From Paraspadella gotoi (Eukaryota; Animalia; Chaetognatha): a DNA stretch of 52,467 nt. Below the pieces are notes generated by a model. The model saw nothing but the letters and a program-made list of their open reading frames with translations, made no database searches and had not been told where the DNA came from. Below, piece after piece: positions 50,174 to 52,467 of this stretch. The stretch is from positions 31,240,358-31,292,824 of the forward strand of contig CM119263.1 in the NCBI GenBank assembly GCA_051294375.1, written 5' to 3'. A program made the translations under genes and the position numbers. How positions within the stretch are numbered: the stretch's first letter is position 1; each line of letters begins with the position of its first letter.

Positions 50174-52467
50174 GTGCGTTGCGGTGCAATCTTGCTATCT
50201 TGATCCTGACTTTGTTACGGTTACGATGACGTTGGCTTTGGTGGTTTAAGGCCTCCATCACTCTTACAAGATAATGACAAAGCAGGTCTCTGTAGGCTTT
50301 CAATCAAGACTCTCTCACAGTCTAATTTATTCACTCCCAGAGTACCTTCCTAATTTAAATATTGTTTTAATTGATAAATATCATTTTGTTTTAAATTTAT
50401 CGGGTAAAAAAAAAAAACTTAGTCGAGGTTTCGATTCCTTTTTTTTTTTCAATGCAGCAAAAAATAGTTGTGCCGTTTGCTGCGAATTGATGACCGGATG
50501 CGGTAGGTCGATTGGTTTTTCTTTTTTGTTGTGAATTAATCCGCACCGCAGGGCGAAGCGGGTGGAGGGACTCGATTAGTTAAATTTTAAAAAACAAAGC
50601 AAAAGACACTTAACTTTTTTGCGTGGTTCACTCACTCCCGATATTTTTTCTCTGCTCCTACGCATGTAGACTCTGAATTCTCATATCGGTCCGCCTCGCC
50701 ACGAAATGCCCTTTTTGTTCGCGCTAGTCGATAGATCGCGCGTTTATCAGAGTAAGAAAAACGAACAAAATAACATCGATAGATGAAAAAAAGAAAATCC
50801 AGGGGAAGCCGTCACGTGACCGGCCTCGACCAATGGGAGCCCGGCAAATCCCAAGCCGGCTCCCTCCCTCATCCGGGAATACGAAGCCTCAATTCTTTTT
50901 TCGCGCTCATCTAGTTCGGTTGTTTCCTTACTGATTTCGCGTTTTTTCTTGACTTTTTCACATTTTCTCGTATATCTACGTTCGAAACCCGCTCATTAGA
51001 AGTCATCTAGTAGAGACGAACGTTCGGACAAGAAGTCTGACAGCCGAAAACGTTCGGACATGTCTCTAAACGTAGAGAGGGTTTGGAGATCCCTCGGGGG
51101 CTTTAGAGGTCCAAGGAGACCGAGCGGTCTCGCCCCCGCCGCCACCTGCCCCACCGACACCGCCTTCTCCCCCCTTTTACCGTGGTTTTCGGCAGCCCGA
51201 TTCCGTCGGTTTTGGGACTCGGCCCGTACCAACCGACACTTTCCGTTGCCCGGCCGAGCGGTGGGGCTTAGTCCGAGGCGCCCTCTCTCGCTGCTCTCGG
51301 ACCTAGTGGCGGCCGGTCTGGTCATCCCCCACTGCCGGATGACGTGACCAGAGGACTGGAGTCTGTCCTTACGACGATGGTTTCGTCACTGAACAGCTTT
51401 AGGAAGGATTTCGACGATTTTCGCCGCAAGTCTCAGCTTTCGACGCTTTTGGCGGTGAGTTTTTCCCGCCAGTTGGCGTAGTGGGGGTTTTAGCTCGTTT
51501 TTCAAACGCCTCGCCTCCCTCTTTTGTTTCTCCTTTATTTCTTTTTTTTTTTCGAATTATTCGATTTTTGGAATTTTTAGAATTTTTTATTTCTCTGTTT
51601 CGATCGAAATAATTTTATTGAAATAACCGCTTTCCTCCGCCTCTTGGCATGGGGCATTTCGTGCGAGCGGACATATAGAATTTTTAATTCCTTTATGGAA
51701 TATTAATTTTATATCGGTCCGCCTCGCCACGATCCCACCGTCCGCCCCTTTTTGTCTCCTACCATGTTTTTTTTTCGTGCTTTGGCGTGGCTTAGGGAAA
51801 GGGGTTTGGAGAAGGGAGGGGGGGGGTTCGGGAGTTTTTCCGTTTATTTATCGCGCTAATTTGTTTACCGCTTACGTTTTTTTACATGTGACGATTCTAT
51901 ATCGGTCCGGTTTTTCTCTCCACTACGCTTCGCCTCGTTTGACGAGTCTCGATTTCCTTCCATGCTGTTCCGACTCCAGTGGGCGGCCCCCCTCAGATCG
52001 GGCCCCGCCTCGGACCGTCACACGGTCTCGCCTCTATCCAAGCGTCATCGATCCCACACAGTGCCGGATCCGGACGCCAAGTACTCCTCCGATTCGGCGG
52101 AGGAGGAGAAGTTTCGTCTTCGGATGACGACGTCGGCGGTTTTCGACGACCTCCTGCTCACGATCAGGTCGGCGCCGGTTCCAGGTTCGTGACTTGTGGC
52201 GTTCTTTTAGCTGCGTTGGGATGGGGACATCCTCACGGCCAACTGGAACTCGCTGGGACCCAGCGACCGGCAGAATACGCCACTGGATCGACGTCGCTTC
52301 TCCTCCGGAGTCCACCGCTCCGACGCCGGACACGTGCCTCTCCGCTCAATCGAGGGCGTTCTCCAAGGGGATAACGCGGCTACTCTCCGCTCCCTCTCTC
52401 GTGCGATGCAGGAGAATGGCGCTACCGCGCATTCCATCCTTACAGTTGCTGATTATCTGCCGGATCA

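Overview
Eukaryotic (invertebrate metazoan-like) genomic DNA with AT-rich introns and GC-rich exons. Eight spliced genes all lie on the + strand: GKAP1 (3' part), a CHST15-like sulfotransferase, an MS4A/CD20-like protein, MRS2 (with an unusual C-terminal EF-hand), SMC3, COPG, SPCS2 and BLTP3/UHRF1BP1-like (5' part). Introns hold nested non-autonomous elements: hAT-type MITEs with 8-bp TSDs, Helentron/HINE-like elements, foldbacks and RLE-type LINE remnants. The standout is in MRS2 intron 1: a miniature LTR retroelement (TRIM; PBS, PPT, 4-bp TSD) whose LTRs each carry a tRNA-like head followed by a circularly permuted (P5-type) twister ribozyme. A divergent relative about 1 kb away on the opposite strand shows compensatory base changes in the same twister fold, and a Penelope-type minimal hammerhead lies between them. 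This looks like a candidate 'tRNA-twister retrozyme' system. All calls are by eye; no searches or folding programs were run.
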